This document shows, in pieces, positions 1 through 7,801 of a DNA stretch of 32,806 nucleotides. The position numbers were made by a program, and so were the translations under genes. The notes beneath the pieces were generated by a model. That model saw only the letters and a list, made by a program, of their open reading frames with translations, was not told the origin of the DNA and did not search any database. How positions within the stretch are numbered: position 1 is the first letter of the stretch; each line of letters opens with the position of its first letter. Origin of the DNA: Bdellovibrionota bacterium (GTDB lineage: Bacteria; Bdellovibrionota_C; UBA2361; JBGSMV01); the NCBI GenBank assembly GCA_044356455.1, contig JBIKWF010000043.1, positions 1-32,806 of the forward strand, read 5' to 3'.

Positions 1-140
1 TTTAAGGTACTAAGTTCTGGTGGGTAGATGACGGCCACTGGTTGGTCTCGGTCGCATACCGTGATGGAACCGACGCTTCTTATTGTAGCTAATATAGCGC
101 TTAACTCGTTCTTTAATTTAGAAATTGATACCTTTCTCAT
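1..140 (-). CDS. Phd/YefM-family antitoxin, N-terminal part (runs off the window edge)
   Basis: Manual translation from ATG at 140: MRKVSISKLKNELSAILATIRSVGSITVCDRDQPVAVIYPPELSTL..., matching the Phd/YefM pattern (V-S-x-x-E/K-L-K-N-x-L-S ... I-x-x-x-D-R-x-x-P-V-A). Not in the ORF track. Confidence 0.8.
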   Translation of the reverse strand, partial: MRKVSISKLKNELSAILATIRSVGSITVCDRDQPVAVIYPPELSTL

Positions 141-175
141 ATGGCTATTATAGCTATGTAGTAGGCTGGCTGCAA
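141..175 (-). promoter_or_regulatory. sigma70-type promoter of the antitoxin with overlapping palindromic operator
   Basis: Minus strand reads TTGCAG (175-170), 17-nt spacer, TATAAT (152-147), 6 nt, ATG. The imperfect palindrome ATGGCTAT-T-ATAGCTAT (141-157) overlaps the -10. Confidence 0.7.
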
Positions 176-390
176 CGTTATTGACTCTTGCCCTTATCGG
201 GGACTGGCTCAGGAGGAGCGTATGGCTCGGGAGATGTCGTCTAAGTATATGATGGCACTATGTTTTTCCTGCCCGATGAAGTTTCGTTGGTGGTTCAGAG
301 CGAAACGATCCCGGCGCAGCTTGCATACGAGCCCCCTGCGGCCAAGAAGGACCTGGTGCCGCGCTATTCTAGCCGAGATATAACACCAGG

Positions 391-837
391 ATGAGGATCG
401 TCCCGCTTACATTATGCGCCATTCTTGGTCTCTGCTTTTGGGGATTTGGCGCTAACTCCATGGCTCAGGACCGAGTTGCCCCGAGCGAATTTCCTGTGCC
501 TGTCCCGGCCCCCTATATTCCACAGGGGTATAGAGCCATTACCATTGGGGGGAACGTAGCAATCGAGTCAGCACGCCCAGGCGACCGAGTGGCGGTTGCC
601 TACCGACCATCGACTGAGCCTGCGACAGGACGAGTTATTGAAATAGTTTCGAGTGCCCATGTGCTTTCGTTTGAATCTTCGGCGAACAGAGAGACCGCGG
701 AGAGTACAGGGGGGCAGGGGCAAATTACTCTTTTGGTAACTTCAGAAGATGCGGCCAGAATATCGCTTGCGTCGGAGAGGGGGGCGATTGTTCTCCGCAA
801 GGCAAGTAGTTCAAAGCTGCAGGTTCCAGGAGAGTGA
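391..837 (+). CDS. Secreted RcpC/CpaB (Flp pilus assembly) C-terminal-domain protein
   Basis: Signal peptide followed by IPQGYRAITI...RPGDRVAV...ITLLVTSEDAARISLASERGAIVLR, typical of the RcpC/CpaB domain; no SAF domain seen. Confidence 0.7.
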   Translation: MRIVPLTLCAILGLCFWGFGANSMAQDRVAPSEFPVPVPAPYIPQGYRAITIGGNVAIESARPGDRVAVAYRPSTEPATGRVIEIVSSAHVLSFESSANRETAESTGGQGQITLLVTSEDAARISLASERGAIVLRKASSSKLQVPGE

Positions 838-933
838 TCTTCGGGCCGCTTCGGATCACTCTAAATGGGATAAACGAGGCGATAGTCAGAGTGGGCAGGA
901 TTACGCCTACGAGACCAGAATAAATGGAAAACC

Positions 934-1902
934 ATGAAGCTTTCCCCGGTAGAGCTCAAAGTCTTAGGCACAGTTCAGCTTCGAGCCGATGCCACTGTTC
1001 CACAACTGTGTAAGCTCACCAAGCTTCGTCCGCATCAAGTGAGGTATGCGCTCAATAAGCTAATTGGGATGGGCTTGCTGCGCCGGCGCGTAGTAATTGA
1101 TATCTACCAGCTAGGCTATGCCATTTATGGCTATTGGTTTTCGCTCGCCTCCGCTGCCTATCGCTCGCGGAAGGCAATTGTGAAGTATCTGAGCGATCAT
1201 CCTCAAGTGGGATATTTGGGAGAGTTCGGCGGCGAGCTCGAATATAAAGTCGACATCCTTGGCAAGACTCCGTCGGAGGCGGCGCAAGTTCTTTCGTCGG
1301 TTTGTGAGCGTTTCGGAGAGGTTTTTGGTAATCGAACTCTGATAGTGACCGTTTCGCTTTCGGATTTCCCCTTAAAGTACCTAGCACCTGAGCAGCTACA
1401 CAGTCATGTAGTTACGCTCGGTGCTGTTGGGCAGAAGTCAGTTGATGCTTTAGATCACAAGATTCTCAAGGCTCTTTCAACGATTGAAGATTCTGCACTT
1501 TCTCAGATCGCCCGTAAGGTAGGGATTGCCATGTCGAGTTTGAATTACCGCGTGCAGCGCCTTGAAAAAGAAAAAGTCATTGTCGGGCATCAATATTGGC
1601 CTGAAGTGGAAGTAATGAGTTCGCTTGGCATGTCTGCGTTCGTCCATCGAATTCGCCTGCGGCGGTCTGACGCGAAGTCGCTGGCGCGCATCTTAGATTT
1701 TGCAAAGACCGATCCGTCTGTCTATAGCACTACAATCGGCGTGGGCGAGTGGGACGTCGAAATGTGTGCCTCCGTTTCCTCTCAGCGCGCCGAAGAGGAG
1801 TTTAGGACTCGTTTAGAGAATGGGCTAGATGGTGTTGTAGACAGCGTCGTGAGTGCGCCGGTGGTCCGGCACTATAAAGTGAGTAACTACCCGTTCCGCT
1901 AG
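934..1902 (+). CDS. Lrp/AsnC-family transcriptional regulator with tandem-duplicated HTH + ligand-binding modules
   Basis: Two wHTH motifs (ELKVLGTVQLRADATVPQLCKL...; LDHKILKALS...LSQIARKVGIAMSSLNYRVQRLEKEKVI), each followed by an AsnC-type domain (GGELEY; GEWDVEM). Confidence 0.85.
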   Translation: MKLSPVELKVLGTVQLRADATVPQLCKLTKLRPHQVRYALNKLIGMGLLRRRVVIDIYQLGYAIYGYWFSLASAAYRSRKAIVKYLSDHPQVGYLGEFGGELEYKVDILGKTPSEAAQVLSSVCERFGEVFGNRTLIVTVSLSDFPLKYLAPEQLHSHVVTLGAVGQKSVDALDHKILKALSTIEDSALSQIARKVGIAMSSLNYRVQRLEKEKVIVGHQYWPEVEVMSSLGMSAFVHRIRLRRSDAKSLARILDFAKTDPSVYSTTIGVGEWDVEMCASVSSQRAEEEFRTRLENGLDGVVDSVVSAPVVRHYKVSNYPFR

Positions 1903-1930
1903 CAGAAGCAACGCCTGCGCGGTCGGAGTC

Positions 1931-2048
1931 TTAGGTAGCCTCTGAAAAACTTACCTCTGTGGTGAAATTTTCATCAAGGAATTCACCACAGAGGAGACGA
2001 AGGTACACAGAGGTGTAGTTAGACTCGAGGATTTTCAGAGGTTCTTAG
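1931..2048. mobile_element. MITE family 1, copy 1 (IS5-like ends, internal CTCTGTG/CACAGAG hairpin)
   Basis: TTAG at 1931-1934 and 2045-2048 flank ends CCTCTGAAAA...TTTTCAGAGG; internal CCTCTGTGGTGAA...TTCACCACAGAGG; related copies at 4181 and 32242. Confidence 0.65.
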
Positions 2049-2093
2049 TATTGAGGCCTCTGAGTTGAGGTGTTCCCACGCCGTAGGCGCGGC

Positions 2094-2864
2094 TTAGCTG
2101 GCCTTGCCGAGCATTCCCCAAAGCAGCCGAAACAGTAAGCGCATGTTCTCAGCAAACACCGCGTCTTGAATGAGAAAGGCATAGTTGGGCTCGTTCCTTG
2201 TCATTACCAAAGAGATGTACTCGCCGCAGACCCAGATAGTGCTTGAGAAATTGAAATCTCCAGGGACTGGCAGGATCTGACGTCCTTGGACCTTTCCTTT
2301 TAGTTCCTTTTCTACGGGAGCATCGTTTGAAATGAGCTGTATCTTATTATCGGGGTGCTTTACGCTCCAATAATAATCGAGCCAGGCGCGGTAGCGCTCC
2401 ACAAAAGTGTGGTCTTGGTAGCCCCACCAAATGTTGTCAGTCATGCGCGCGCTTTCAATCCAGCGCGGCGTAAAATCATAGAGCATCGCTTCTACGGCTT
2501 CGCGTCCCTCGAAGAACTGAATTTTGGGGACACTGAAAAACTTCGAGCGAAAAAGTGGCTTTAGTTCCTCTACGAATAGTTCCGCAATCTTCTCGCGCTT
2601 AGAAAGTTCTTCTCGCTCGCGCTTCACCATGCGCAGGAGAGCTTGTGGCTGGTTGGCGACGAAAAATCGGGACGCTCCGCGCTTTTCTTCGGAGACCAGT
2701 CCCTTTTGCGCGAGTCCTTCTAGTACGGAGTAGGCAGTGGTGCGCGGTAGCTTCGCTCTCTTTGCGAGGAGCTGAATAGTGGACTTCCCCGTCTCGGCAA
2801 GCATGAGGTACAGGGCCGCTTCGTTGGCGGTGAATCCAAGGGCCTTGAATGTTTGTTCTATCAT
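2094..2864 (-). CDS. TrmB-family transcriptional regulator
   Basis: LGFTANEAALYLMLAETG...LAKRAKLPRTTAYSVLEGLAQKGLV HTH, then PKIQFFEGREAV. ATG at 2864 (MIEQTF) preferred over the track start 2918. Confidence 0.85.
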   Translation of the reverse strand: MIEQTFKALGFTANEAALYLMLAETGKSTIQLLAKRAKLPRTTAYSVLEGLAQKGLVSEEKRGASRFFVANQPQALLRMVKREREELSKREKIAELFVEELKPLFRSKFFSVPKIQFFEGREAVEAMLYDFTPRWIESARMTDNIWWGYQDHTFVERYRAWLDYYWSVKHPDNKIQLISNDAPVEKELKGKVQGRQILPVPGDFNFSSTIWVCGEYISLVMTRNEPNYAFLIQDAVFAENMRLLFRLLWGMLGKAS

Positions 2865-2874
2865 AGGCTGCGTC

Positions 2875-2916
2875 GTCGATAGATCGTCGTCAGATATATG
2901 ACGTAACTTAATCGAC
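2875..2916. promoter_or_regulatory. Three abutting 14-bp GTC-N8-GAC-type boxes, candidate TrmB operator
   Basis: GTCGATAGATCGTC (2875-2888), GTCAGATATATGAC (2889-2902), GTAACTTAATCGAC (2903-2916), in the divergent intergenic region. Confidence 0.5.
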
Positions 2917-3030
2917 ACTTTTATACGTAGTAAATACAGCTGGATATTGCCACAAAAAAATCAAAGTGACGAGTGCTCATAGAGTAGCGCTGACGGGTCC
3001 GTATGCTCATCCCTCAAGAGCTTTACGGAG

Positions 3031-4179
3031 ATGCCTATGAGACTTTTTTCGTTCTTTGTACTGACGTTCTTCATTTCCTCTGCCTTTCCTGCCTATGCAG
3101 AACCCTTCAAGGTAGGAGCCCTGCTTTGCCAAACTGGGCCCTGCGCCGAGTGGGGAGTTGCTGCCCTTAAGGGCGCCGAGCTTGCGGCAGAGGAGATAAA
3201 TAGAGCGGGGGGGATTAAAGGAGAGCGCCTTGAGCTTGTGGCGGAAGATAGTGCGGAGGATAGCCTTAACGCATCGCTTTCTGGTTACCGCAGTCTTCGT
3301 CTTAAAGGAGTGAACTTAATAATTGGACCTTCATGGAGCGCAGCCGGCAACGCCATATCTCCCGTCGCTAAGAAGGACCAGGATGTCATTATGATCTCCC
3401 CTTCTCTTGGCGTGAGAGATTTTAACGAGGCAGGCCCCAATCTTTTTAATATTTGGCCACATGACGAATACGGCGCGAGGCGCATGGCGGCTTATGCCCA
3501 GGAGTTAGGTCTCACAAAAGTAGCCATCTTTGGGGCCGAGCAGCCCTGGTCAATTACTCAGGCGCGCGTCTTTAAGGAGGAGTTCGAGCGCTTGGGGGGA
3601 AGCGTCGTAGCAGAAGTTGTCCCTACTCCAGATCAAAGAGATCTTCGCGTGGAGTCTACGCGCATCGTAAGCAGCGGGGCCGAGGCTGTGCTGTTTACCT
3701 GCTTTGCTGAGCAAATGGGGGTGGCGGCGCGCCAGCTCGCGCAGCTTGGATTTAAGGGGCAAAAACTTTCAGTTCTGATGTATGATTCCGCCCTTTCTAT
3801 TTCTCATGGGGCGCTCGACGGGACACACTATGCTGCGTATCCGGAGCCTAGCACCGAGTTCCAGGCAAAATTTTTCGCGCGTTACGGTGAGAAGCCGGGA
3901 ACCAGCGCTGATAAGGGATATGACGCTACCTGGATCGTCGCGCGTGCACTGCAGCGCGCCTCGTCTCGTTCTACTCAAGATATCCGCCAAGCCTTGCTCG
4001 GTACGAAAGATTTTTCGGGCGCTTCCGGTTCTATTTCCTTTACGCCTCAGCGCTCCGTTATGAGAGTTCCCGAGATATTCAGCGTCGAGTCCGGGCGCAT
4101 GGGATTTTCGGTCGCTTCGCGAAGCCCAAGCGCTCAGGACGCAGACGCTATGCGTGCGCAGCTCAAGCGTCAGCCGTAA
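3031..4179 (+). CDS. ABC transporter substrate-binding protein, branched-chain amino acid (LivJ/K-like)
   Basis: Signal peptide; KVGALLCQTG...GAELAAEEINRAGGIKGERLELVAED, IIGP, GYDA, FSGASGSISF motifs. Start may be 3037 (GGAG upstream). Confidence 0.9.
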   Translation: MPMRLFSFFVLTFFISSAFPAYAEPFKVGALLCQTGPCAEWGVAALKGAELAAEEINRAGGIKGERLELVAEDSAEDSLNASLSGYRSLRLKGVNLIIGPSWSAAGNAISPVAKKDQDVIMISPSLGVRDFNEAGPNLFNIWPHDEYGARRMAAYAQELGLTKVAIFGAEQPWSITQARVFKEEFERLGGSVVAEVVPTPDQRDLRVESTRIVSSGAEAVLFTCFAEQMGVAARQLAQLGFKGQKLSVLMYDSALSISHGALDGTHYAAYPEPSTEFQAKFFARYGEKPGTSADKGYDATWIVARALQRASSRSTQDIRQALLGTKDFSGASGSISFTPQRSVMRVPEIFSVESGRMGFSVASRSPSAQDADAMRAQLKRQP

Positions 4180-4180
4180 T

Positions 4181-4317
4181 TTAGGAAATCTCTGAAAAAG
4201 CCTGCTCTGTGAACTCTGTGCCCTCTGTGGTTGATAAAAATAGTTGAAAAACCACAGAGGACACAGAGCTCACAGAGAGAAGAGAAGAAATCTCGAGGTT
4301 TTTCAGAGATTCCTCAG
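4181..4317. mobile_element. MITE family 1, copy 2
   Basis: TTAG-GAAATCTCTGAAAAA ... TTTTTCAGAGATTCC; internal hairpin CTCTGTGAACTCTGTGCCCTCTGTGGTT / AACCACAGAGGACACAGAGCTCACAGAG. Confidence 0.65.
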
Positions 4318-4435
4318 CGGTTCTTTTACAAATTTCGTGCGGGTAAAGGGCAGGTCGTAGTCCCTTCGAGGGAGAGCTCCGTCGAAGGGATATCGATTCA
4401 CAAAGGTTCTTTAACTATTTGAAAGGAGATTCACT

Positions 4436-5275
4436 TTGAAGCTTTCTCACGCGAGGCGCGACGTGCTTTTGAGTGCGTTGCTGTTCGGGTTCGGTGCGGT
4501 ACTTGTCAAGACTGGCGGTTCTCACGCTATGGTTGCGGCGGTGATGCGCTGTCTACTTACGGCAGTGCTGCTTGCTGCCTTTAGGCCTGAAGTGTTTCGC
4601 CGTAAAGCGTGGGACCACGCGGCAATTATTGCGGCCTGCGCAGCGGTGCTTTGCAACTTTGCCTTTGTGGCGGGGTTTGCCTTCACCAAAACCGCGGTCG
4701 CAATTTCAATTGCCTATAGCTCTCCGCTTCTTTGCCCATGGATTGCCTGGCTCTGGAATGGTGAGCGCACAAAGGCTAGAGACCTGTGGTTGATTCTGCT
4801 TGGCACGGTCGGGGTATTTGTCGTGGCTTCGGGTACCGTCGGCGGGGGAGGTCATCATCTCCTCGGGGCAGCTGCAGCGGGCATCGCGGCAATTGCCTAT
4901 GCATTCTACATCGTCGCGCAGCGCAAAATCGGCGGCCGTTTGGATGTGGTGTTTGTTGGGAACTCAACAGCTGCGGTTCTTGGTGCGGTGGTCGTGGCAA
5001 TCTTTCTTTCCGCCGAGAAAGGAGCCGCAAGTAGTCTCGGGTGGTTCTCTCTAAATGGGGCCGCTTGCGCAGTGGCATTCTTGCTTGTGACTCGGGCGAT
5101 TCCGCGGCTTTCAGCAGCGGAGACTGGGCTTCTTGCGATTGCGGAGGTTCCGTGCGCTATCGTTGCGGCGGCGCTCTTTCTTGGTGAGTACCCGAGCTCC
5201 ACTGAGCTTGTGGGAGTCGGGATCGTACTTCTCTCTATTGTTCTTCACATTCTCGGGAAGAGAGGTGATGTTTGA
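4436..5275 (+). CDS. DMT/EamA-family transporter
   Basis: About 10 hydrophobic segments in two EamA repeats (SIAYSSPL...WLWNGER; LAIAEVPCAIVAAALFLGEYP); AAAGGAG RBS before TTG. Confidence 0.9.
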   Translation: MKLSHARRDVLLSALLFGFGAVLVKTGGSHAMVAAVMRCLLTAVLLAAFRPEVFRRKAWDHAAIIAACAAVLCNFAFVAGFAFTKTAVAISIAYSSPLLCPWIAWLWNGERTKARDLWLILLGTVGVFVVASGTVGGGGHHLLGAAAAGIAAIAYAFYIVAQRKIGGRLDVVFVGNSTAAVLGAVVVAIFLSAEKGAASSLGWFSLNGAACAVAFLLVTRAIPRLSAAETGLLAIAEVPCAIVAAALFLGEYPSSTELVGVGIVLLSIVLHILGKRGDV

Positions 5276-5589
5276 AACGCGCAAGGCAGGGATCTCTCGA
5301 GGTTTTTCTGAAAGGAGAATTTTGAATCGATGTCCCTGCCACATTTCTATATGAAGCGAATTCGCCCAAGAGCTTGGCGCCGGACTTGGTTCTAGTAGGG
5401 CATCGTTGGCTTCTAAGGCTTACGAAGTTTCGTTATCGAGGAGATCCCATAAGTAGCCTGAATGAAAAGTTCATGTTTGATGCCTAAAAAGTAACGGCGC
5501 CTGATTGCTTCGAAGAGGATTTTTCTTGGCATTGCTCAACCAATGCGAGAGAGTGCCCAAGGTCATTGGAACCTATTGTGAGGTGTCTT

Positions 5590-5730
5590 ATGGAACTTTT
5601 CAGCGGCCTCTTCAGTGATTCCGTGCTTTACCTGTCGCTCTTTACTCTCGTTGTTCTTCTTTTGATTCCCGTTATCATCGCCCGGGTTATCATCTCTGGA
5701 ATGAGGAATTCCAAAGGTGCTAGCCGATAG
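5590..5730 (+). CDS. 46-aa single-pass membrane protein (DUF3149-like)
   Basis: GAGGTG RBS; MELFSGLFSDSVLYLSLFTLVVLLLIPVIIARVIISGMRNSKGASR*. Below the ORF-track cut-off; family resemblance is from memory only. Confidence 0.6.
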   Translation: MELFSGLFSDSVLYLSLFTLVVLLLIPVIIARVIISGMRNSKGASR

Positions 5731-6018
5731 GATCAAGGTTCTCCACTGCCCTTATTGTGGTGAAAGGAATAATTGCTCTCGGTTTGTTCGTGGCGTTCCT
5801 TTTGTAATCATTTGAAATGACTCACAAAAAGCGCAGCTGATGCGCTGAGTTGTCTTTCCTCGAGCTATTGGCTCCGTGGGCTGGTGGGATAGCTTCCAAG
5901 GCTATCGACTTAGCGCGGTAGCAATTTTTGAAATTAATAACGCTCGTGCAGCATCAAACGTAGGTCCAGGGTCTATCGCTCCCATGAGGGACGGTCCCGC
6001 AGTGTTTTTTACTGAAAT

Positions 6019-7104
6019 ATGAGGATCTCGGCTATGAAGCCTTTTTTGCGTGCAAACCTTTTCCGCCTAGTCGCAACAAGCCTCGTTGGTGCATTGGTAT
6101 TTTCCTCTCTTACGCCGCTCTTTGCGGAAGAAGAGTCTGTTCCTTCTTGGAGCACGGTTGATGACTCGAGTTCTGCCTCAATTGCAGAAGAGAACGCAAC
6201 CCTGATTGCCCAGGACACTGGTCTGCCGTCTTGTGGATTTCAAGATGGTGGGCAATGTGGCGGTACCTGCCCGAATGGAAAGCTCTGCAAGGTTTCACCT
6301 TCTCCAACAGCCGCCCCCGCTACGGGGAAGGCCGGTGAGGTGGTTGCGTGGCGAACATCCCTCCCGGCCCCTGGAGACACCAAGGCACCCACCTGCTCGT
6401 GCGTAGACCCTCTTCCATGTCGTGGTACCGGTGGGTCTTGCGGCGGTGATTGCTCCCCCGCTTCGGATGGCAGCCCGCGAGGTTGTTATTCTCTCACTAT
6501 TGGAGATCAAACGGGATGCTCATGTCAGCCCGCAGTTGATAAGTGCAATTCCGGATTTGGAAATGACGGACAGCTCCAATGCTCAGGTCGTTGCGACAAG
6601 AGCCAAGGCGGAGAATGTGTAACTAATGACGCCGGGAACGGGTGTGCCGGTTGCGCGGATACTTGCAAGGCAAGTGGGTTCGACGACCAGGGACGAATAA
6701 AGTGCTCAGGATCCTGTACGAAGCAGGGAATTTGCATGGTAAATGAGACGGGTGATGGGTGTAGCTGCAAGCGAGCAGCGAGTCCTACTCCTGCTCCAAC
6801 TGTTACCGCGACACCTACACCTTCTCCGACTCCTGCCGCTCCTCCAGCATGTCAGAATGGCAAGCCACCTGCGGGAAGTGATTGCTGCATAGACTACGCT
6901 GATAGTTCGGGAGATACGATGCAGCAATCGTGTGTCAGTGTTGGTTGCCCTCCTCGCGGTGAGGCCGATATTCCAGGTCCCTGTTATGACAGAGGCACCT
7001 GTGCGAACGACTCAACCACAGGGAATAGGATGGCGTGCGTGGTGAATGATCCAGGCATGGTCCTCCCCAATATGTGCCGTTGCCGGCAGATTAAGTGCCG
7101 ATAA
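6019..7104 (+). CDS. Secreted cysteine-rich repeat protein
   Basis: Signal peptide, four 6-Cys modules, Pro/Thr linker, C-terminal 11-Cys domain; 35 Cys in total. Confidence 0.8.
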   Translation: MRISAMKPFLRANLFRLVATSLVGALVFSSLTPLFAEEESVPSWSTVDDSSSASIAEENATLIAQDTGLPSCGFQDGGQCGGTCPNGKLCKVSPSPTAAPATGKAGEVVAWRTSLPAPGDTKAPTCSCVDPLPCRGTGGSCGGDCSPASDGSPRGCYSLTIGDQTGCSCQPAVDKCNSGFGNDGQLQCSGRCDKSQGGECVTNDAGNGCAGCADTCKASGFDDQGRIKCSGSCTKQGICMVNETGDGCSCKRAASPTPAPTVTATPTPSPTPAAPPACQNGKPPAGSDCCIDYADSSGDTMQQSCVSVGCPPRGEADIPGPCYDRGTCANDSTTGNRMACVVNDPGMVLPNMCRCRQIKCR

Positions 7105-7114
7105 CGCAGCGAGC

Positions 7115-7149
7115 TCACGGCTCTCCTTTAGGAGAGCCGTGACTCTTTT
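7115..7149 (+). terminator. Intrinsic terminator
   Basis: TCACGGCTCTCC-TTTA-GGAGAGCCGTGA perfect 12-bp stem followed by CTCTTTT, 10 nt after the stop codon. Confidence 0.7.
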
Positions 7150-7195
7150 CAAAGGAGTGGGTTGTCCTTCTTCAAACTTCCTCCTTGGATTCTTC

Positions 7196-7699
7196 TCACG
7201 GCGTAATTTTTGTCTCTTCTGCCAAGTTAGTCCTTCCTCTCGTTTCTTTCTCTTCGACTTTCTCGAAGCCGCTACGAGTGATTCGCTTTACGGTCGCGGG
7301 GAGACTAAACGTGCCGTCGCCGACGGCGCTATAAGTTCCCATAGCTCCTGAGTATGAAGTGACTGTTCTCTAAGGAGACGCCCGATCGAAGAGACTGTTC
7401 AATGAGCCTTACGGCATCATAGCAGTTTCCCCCACTAAAGGGTGTCGCCCCGGGAAATCTCCGCGCGTATTCCTCCGAGAACTGCGCATTCGCCTCGTCT
7501 GCTTGAATGTAGAGCTGCTCAAGTAGGACGCCTTGAGAGGCATTTGCGTCATAATAAGGATTCATAAATGCTTCAATATCGATGAGCGAAACTCGATTCC
7601 CACTGGACGAGCCTGACGAAGGAAGATTCCTGCTTTGCCGAAGTAGGAATGAAGAAACACAGCATCGACGTCCGTGCCTTGAGTAGCGGATATCCTGCT
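7196..7699 (-). pseudogene. Degraded LivK-like ABC substrate-binding protein (C-terminal third, at least two frameshifts)
   Basis: Consecutive fragments in shifting frames: DVDAVFLHSYFGKAGIFLRQARPVGI / FSEEYARRFPGATPFSGGNCYDAVRLI / SYSGAMGTYSAVGDGTFSLPATVKRIT, colinear with the C-terminus of 3031..4179. Confidence 0.7.
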
Positions 7700-7801
7700 C
7701 TAATCAGGCCTGGCAGACATTTATAATGCCGTTTGAGCGAAGCAGCATTCCAAGAACCTACATCCAAATACGGTCTGCTGTATCCCTCCCTCGGCTTACC
7801 T

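Noticed and set aside
222..383. 53-aa ORF with an AGGAGG-like RBS
   Set aside because: No recognisable motif or protein-like pattern; cannot be supported from sequence alone.
4231..4422. 63-aa ORF
   Set aside because: Starts inside MITE copy 2 and translates the CACAGAG repeat.
5731..6018. Riboswitch upstream of the Cys-rich gene
   Set aside because: Only short hairpins; no c-di-GMP, SAM, TPP or cobalamin consensus recognised.
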